Below, piece by piece: positions 59,921 to 64,000 of a DNA stretch of 64,000 bases. This stretch comes from an uncultured Nitrososphaerota archaeon (GTDB taxonomy: Archaea; Thermoproteota; Nitrososphaeria; Nitrososphaerales; CADDZS01), in NCBI GenBank assembly GCA_963799845.1, contig CAWCYI010000006.1, positions 1,472,001-1,536,000 of the forward strand, in the 5' to 3' direction. The notes beneath the pieces are model-generated. The model had not been told where the DNA came from. It worked only from the letters and a program-made list of their open reading frames with translations, and searched no databases. How positions within the stretch are numbered: the first letter of the stretch is position 1; every line of letters starts with the position of its first letter. Made by a program: the position numbers and the translations under genes.

Positions 59921-60207
59921 ATTGATTGTCAGGGGCAACGAGTCAAATGCTACTAAATAAATAAGATCGTAATCCTTCGTTCGAATCTTTCTTTCTAACG
60001 GAAATCCGGAGACGCTGGATGCGAGCGTCATGTCAAGCGGAAAACCGGTCTCGACATTCTCTTAGGTAGTGGCCCATTGATGATAAGACAAGGAGAGTAG
60101 CGGGCCCTATTTTTCAGAGTGCGAATAACAAGTCTGTTCCGATTTGCAATATATTCTAGAGAATCTGTTTATATCTCCCGAGACTGTTTCATGGAAGGGA
60201 AAGTCTC

Positions 60208-60429
60208 GTGGAAGGCGAAGAATCATACAACGTGGAAGTTACGATGCGGGTCTCAAGACAGGGAAAGGACATCGATAGAAAGAGGGTCGATTTTGGCATG
60301 CTGAAGGAAGCGCAGGTCAAAGGACTCGCAGATCTTTTTTCGATGATGGCCGCGAATGTTGAGTACATCAAGAACCTGACTCCGCAATTTGAGAAGATTG
60401 ACAAAACTAAGCCCGCTTACCTTCAGTAG
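60208..60429 (+). CDS. Small hypothetical protein
   Basis: 73-aa ORF with coding-like composition. Confidence 0.55.
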   Translation: MEGEESYNVEVTMRVSRQGKDIDRKRVDFGMLKEAQVKGLADLFSMMAANVEYIKNLTPQFEKIDKTKPAYLQ

Positions 60430-60507
60430 TTTTTCAGTTTCAACGAAAGAGGAAAACTTTCTTCGATAAATCCTTCAAACTAAGTTTTCTGGAATTTGAT
60501 CTCCATC

Positions 60508-60792
60508 ATGATACTAGTCCACATCAGCGGACATTTGAAAGATTATACTGGCAAGAAAAGGGACATTGAGATTTCGGAAAATGTAGAGGATGTCTCTTCG
60601 CTAATTGAGAAATTGAACCTGATGTTTCCAGGAATCAAGGATAGAATTTTTGATGATCAGGATAGGACAAGGCAGTTCGTAAATATTTTTGTGAACGGAA
60701 CAAGCATTCGTGACGCTGGCCAAGAGGACACAAAACTTAAGGACGGTGATGCAGTGCACATCCTTCCATCAGTGGCTGGTGGCTATGCCTAA
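60508..60792 (+). CDS. MoaD/ThiS/SAMP ubiquitin-like protein
   Basis: FVNIFVNG...LKDGDAVHILPSVAGG, followed by YA. Confidence 0.92.
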   Translation: MILVHISGHLKDYTGKKRDIEISENVEDVSSLIEKLNLMFPGIKDRIFDDQDRTRQFVNIFVNGTSIRDAGQEDTKLKDGDAVHILPSVAGGYA

Positions 60793-61876
60793 AAATCCAG
60801 AGCTTTCTCTGCTTCTCGTTGGCACGAAAAAAGGCGCTTTTGTGTTTTCGTCCAAGGATGGGCGAAGATCGTGGAAAGTATCCGGCCCTCACTTCAAAGG
60901 GAAGGAGGTCTACCACATCGCTTATGACAAGAGAAACAAGATACTCCTCGCTTCTGTGAATGACGAGCAATGGGGTCCGAGCATTGCAAGAAGTTTTGAT
61001 CTCGGGAAAAGCTGGAAGTTATCAAACCCTCCAAAGTTTCCAAAGAACGAAAATGGCGAGGCCGTGAAACGTGTTTGGCATATCAGGCCTGGACCGGAGA
61101 GTGAACCGGAGGTACTTTACTGCGGCGTGGAACCCGCGACGCTCTTCAGGAGCGATGACAGGGGCGAGAGCTGGACGGTTAACGAGGCACTGTTCACCCA
61201 TGAAACAAGATCAAAGTGGCAGCCCGGATTCGGTGGCCTTTGTCTCCACACGATTCTGGTGGATGAGAGAGACCCGAGAAATATTCACGTTGGTATCTCG
61301 GCAGTTGGAGCGCTGAATACCAAGGATGGCGGCGAGACGTGGAAATTTCAAAACAAGAACGTTCTGGCGGATTTCTCTCCCGAAAAATATCCTGAGTTCG
61401 GTCAGTGCGTGCACAAGATGGCGAGGAATGCTATGAGACCAGAAGTTCTGTTCCAGCAAAATCACTGCGGAATTTACCGGAGTGATGACGGAGGAGAAAA
61501 CTGGAAGGATATCAGGAATAACCTGCCTTCGAGGTTCGGCTTCCCGATTGCGGTAGACGCAAATAATCCCAAGAGGGTCTATGTGATTCCCTTGGAGGGA
61601 GATTTTTCCAGGGTCGTTCCCGGTGGAAAGTTTTCCGTCTGGGCTACGGACAATTCCGGAAGGGAATGGTTCTCTCTCGGAAGGGGGCTTCCGAAGCCAG
61701 CTTACTTTTCGGTTCTTCGAGATGCTATGAGCTCTGATCTGGAAGATCCCTGTGGTTTGTATGTTGGCACGACGACGGGTCACCTGTATGCCAGTCGGAA
61801 TCAGGGGAATTCATGGTCGAGCGTTAGCGACACGCTACCCTCGATCCTTTCGGTATCGGTCTCGGCTGCGGCCTGA
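60785..61876 (+). CDS. BNR/Asp-box beta-propeller protein, cytoplasmic
   Basis: LLVGTKKGAF; repeated RSDDxGxxW Asp-boxes; WQPGFGGLCLH, CVHK and QNHCG motifs. Confidence 0.88.
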   Translation: MPKNPELSLLLVGTKKGAFVFSSKDGRRSWKVSGPHFKGKEVYHIAYDKRNKILLASVNDEQWGPSIARSFDLGKSWKLSNPPKFPKNENGEAVKRVWHIRPGPESEPEVLYCGVEPATLFRSDDRGESWTVNEALFTHETRSKWQPGFGGLCLHTILVDERDPRNIHVGISAVGALNTKDGGETWKFQNKNVLADFSPEKYPEFGQCVHKMARNAMRPEVLFQQNHCGIYRSDDGGENWKDIRNNLPSRFGFPIAVDANNPKRVYVIPLEGDFSRVVPGGKFSVWATDNSGREWFSLGRGLPKPAYFSVLRDAMSSDLEDPCGLYVGTTTGHLYASRNQGNSWSSVSDTLPSILSVSVSAAA

Positions 61877-61989
61877 GAACGGCGAAAAGTGTTGGACAGA
61901 AAATCCAGACTGGCGCTTTACGCTTTCATCGCGGCAATTGTCGCGATTTCGGTTCTAGGTTTTGTTACGGCGTTTATCGCTTCGAGGGC

Positions 61990-62482
61990 CTAGGATTGCG
62001 CGATTAGCGTCTCGTTCAAAGTCTGTCCGTTGCTGAATTCTATGAAGCAATAGTACGCCGAAGTGTATCTTAAAGCAACATCGGCGTATCCTTCAAGCTG
62101 ATAATCCCCGCCACCAGGAATAACTGGCGAACTTTCAGCGATCGTCAAACACGCATTCGTTAGGGCGACGAAGACTGTCGCATTTTTTACTCCTGATCCT
62201 GATATGCTCACATTCTCAACTGTGATATTGTCAGCAGTCGGGTTTTGAATGAAAACTTCAAACTGAGCGTCTCCCTGACAGGTTAAATTCAGAGAGTGTG
62301 TGGAGGGGGGGCCACCAAAAAGCGCTATCTCTTCGTAAGCTCAGCTGATTAGATTGCGGCGCACTCGGCGCGACGCTCGCCCATACGAGGGCGATAACTA
62401 CCAATCCGACGAATCCCCCCACTACAATTCCAGTCAACAAGTTGCTGGAGATGGCGCTTCTCCGGGTCCTCGCGAATTTCAT
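61990..62482 (-). CDS. Pilin-like membrane-anchored protein; two track ORFs probably one frameshifted gene
   Basis: MKFARTRRSA|ISSNLLTGIVV class-III-signal-like start; beta-rich VFIQNPTADNITVENVSISG C-terminal half. Confidence 0.55.
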
Positions 62483-62575
62483 CAGGAGAAATTGATCCGT
62501 TTTTCGGGTATTTCACATCTTTCATTGAGTATGCCCATAATTTAAATTCCAAATTGAAGAATCGTCGGAAGTAGA

Positions 62576-63352
62576 TTGTCCAAGGCCTCAAAGAAAAAGG
62601 AAGCCCGGAGGGAGAGGAGAAAAGAGACTGGGAAATCTCGGCAAACCGCCTTTCTAGTGCTCGGGGTCGTAATTGCAATCATTGTGTTATCAGCGCTAGT
62701 CCTTTCTCTTGGAGTGAAGCACGGCACGTCGACCACATCTAGTCAGACTACTTTTTCCAATCCCTCCAACAAGTCGGTCATCCTCTACGTGAATCAGGGG
62801 AACGCGCTCGTTGACAGGAGTAATTTTTCCGAGCTTTTGACCTATGCAAAGTCGCAACACTTCAACACAATCTTCTTTCAGGTCTACAGGAGCGGGCAGG
62901 TTCTGTTCAATCAAAGTGATCTGACCTTTTTCGAGGAAAACGCCCATCTCCAAAAATTCAGCATATACTTTGCGCTCTACTTTACCAGTCCAACGCAACA
63001 GATTCCCAGCTCGATTTACACGCTGGGAGAAGACGGAATTAACCTGGATATGTCTACCCTGCCCGTTTCAGACCAGAATAACCTGCTCGCCGCGCTAAAG
63101 CAGAATTTTGACGGAAAAACGGCTGTCACCACGACAAACTTGACTTCTATTCTAAAGCCTGATTTGCTGATTTTGGAGACCTACAATTTTCAGGCCGATG
63201 AACAGTATATCCACTCCGGGATCATAGCTTCGGTCGAACCGCTGACTATCTCGACATCGCAGGGATACCAGCAGCAGTTCCAGTACGCCCTGACAAACAG
63301 TGATGGCGTGATGGTCTTTGACTATTATGGCCTGCTTAAGACTGGTTACTAA
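62576..63352 (+). CDS. Membrane-anchored protein, possibly a glycoside-hydrolase-like TIM barrel
   Basis: Basic N-terminus, TM, S/T linker; AKSQHFNTIFFQV, DGINLD and DGVMVFDY motifs. Confidence 0.65.
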   Translation: MSKASKKKEARRERRKETGKSRQTAFLVLGVVIAIIVLSALVLSLGVKHGTSTTSSQTTFSNPSNKSVILYVNQGNALVDRSNFSELLTYAKSQHFNTIFFQVYRSGQVLFNQSDLTFFEENAHLQKFSIYFALYFTSPTQQIPSSIYTLGEDGINLDMSTLPVSDQNNLLAALKQNFDGKTAVTTTNLTSILKPDLLILETYNFQADEQYIHSGIIASVEPLTISTSQGYQQQFQYALTNSDGVMVFDYYGLLKTGY

Positions 63353-63433
63353 CCGCGGATTAGCGCGGAAAGTGGGAATTTCTTATTATAGGCGAATCGT
63401 GCTGATTTCTGAGCAATAGGAACGCTTCCGCTC

Positions 63434-64000
63434 TTGAGTGACTCGGGAAAAGCCCAGCAGGGCCAGACGAAAGCTGGTGACTCGACCGTTGAGGGAGCGA
63501 GGATGTCCTTCTTTGAGCACCTCAGCGAGCTTGCGAGCCGATTGAAGAAGGCGCTTTTGGCTTTCATCGTAGCGTTTGTCGTAGTCTCTTCCCTCCCCAA
63601 TCCGCTCCACCCGATTGGAGGACCGGGTAATCTATTTGGATATGATTTTCTAGTAATCGCGCTCGTTCGGGATGCCGAAGCCTATGGCGCCAAGAATTTC
63701 AGATTCATAGCGCCCAATCCGATAACGCCGATTACTGTTTTCATCAACGTTTCTCTTGTCCTCGCGGTCGTAATTTCGCTGCCCATCATTTTCTATGAAA
63801 TCTATGGCTTTGTCGCGCCTGGGCTTTATCAAAGGGAAAAGAAGGCTGTAAGAAAGTACATTGCACCGTTTTCCGGATTATTTGCTATAGGAGCAGCCTT
63901 CGGTCTACTCCTAATATTTCCGACGATTATGCGAATATTACTGACTTTTTACACGGCGTTCAATCTTCAAAACCTCATATCTGTTGAGGACTTTATCAAC
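63434..64000 (+). CDS. tatC: Twin-arginine translocase TatC (3' truncated by window edge)
   Basis: Manual translation: MSFFEHLSELASRL...SLPIIFYEIYGFVAPGLYQREKK. Confidence 0.95.
   Translation, partial: MSDSGKAQQGQTKAGDSTVEGARMSFFEHLSELASRLKKALLAFIVAFVVVSSLPNPLHPIGGPGNLFGYDFLVIALVRDAEAYGAKNFRFIAPNPITPITVFINVSLVLAVVISLPIIFYEIYGFVAPGLYQREKKAVRKYIAPFSGLFAIGAAFGLLLIFPTIMRILLTFYTAFNLQNLISVEDFIN

Noticed and set aside
60071-60106. GGCCC...TGATGA...GGGCC as a C/D box sRNA
   Set aside because: No D box (CTGA) and too short
61211-61783. Long antisense ORFs here and across 25.6-28 kb, 30-30.5 kb and 34.3-34.8 kb
   Set aside because: Shadows of well-supported genes on the other strand, with no motifs of their own

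Overview
Archaeal chromosomal window. The RHH/Lrp/SAMP-type genes, TATA boxes about 25-30 nt before ATG/TTG starts, and DolP-type glycosyltransferases point to an archaeon; a TACK/Nitrososphaerota-like host is inferred, not proven. Layout: 1-18.2 kb, surface-glycan cluster (GT2/GT4/GT-C, two DegT aminotransferases, FemAB-like GNAT, methyltransferases, an AlkP/NPP enzyme) with an internally deleted IS5 element. 18.4-21.9 kb, gene scraps plus two tandem 34-aa LIM-like zinc-finger microproteins missed by the ORF track. 22.0-32.5 kb, a compact six-gene operon: a repeat-rich surface protein, a single-pass protein, an 892-aa tubulin/FtsZ-family GTPase with a long coiled-coil insert, a polytopic membrane protein, a Zn-ribbon protein with a degenerate tubulin/CetZ-like domain, and a PH-like protein. 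32.7-39 kb, a decayed mobile/toxin-antitoxin region with an intact IS5. 42-44.4 kb, tatA, a Tat-signal protein and DUF4331. 48.1-53.1 kb, an RHH-sat-AlkP-cysC operon facing a degenerate ComA-wHTH fusion. The end holds DUF4382, DinB, MscL, SAMP, a BNR propeller and partial tatC. The best candidates for undescribed systems are the tubulin-like membrane/surface operon and a putative PAPS sulfation relay built on two RHH proteins that both end in ARLKALGYL. A dispersed palindromic repeat family is also notable. Many single-base frameshifts suggest long-read indel errors. No rRNA, tRNA or CRISPR array was recognised. All family calls come from motif recognition by eye; no database searches were run.
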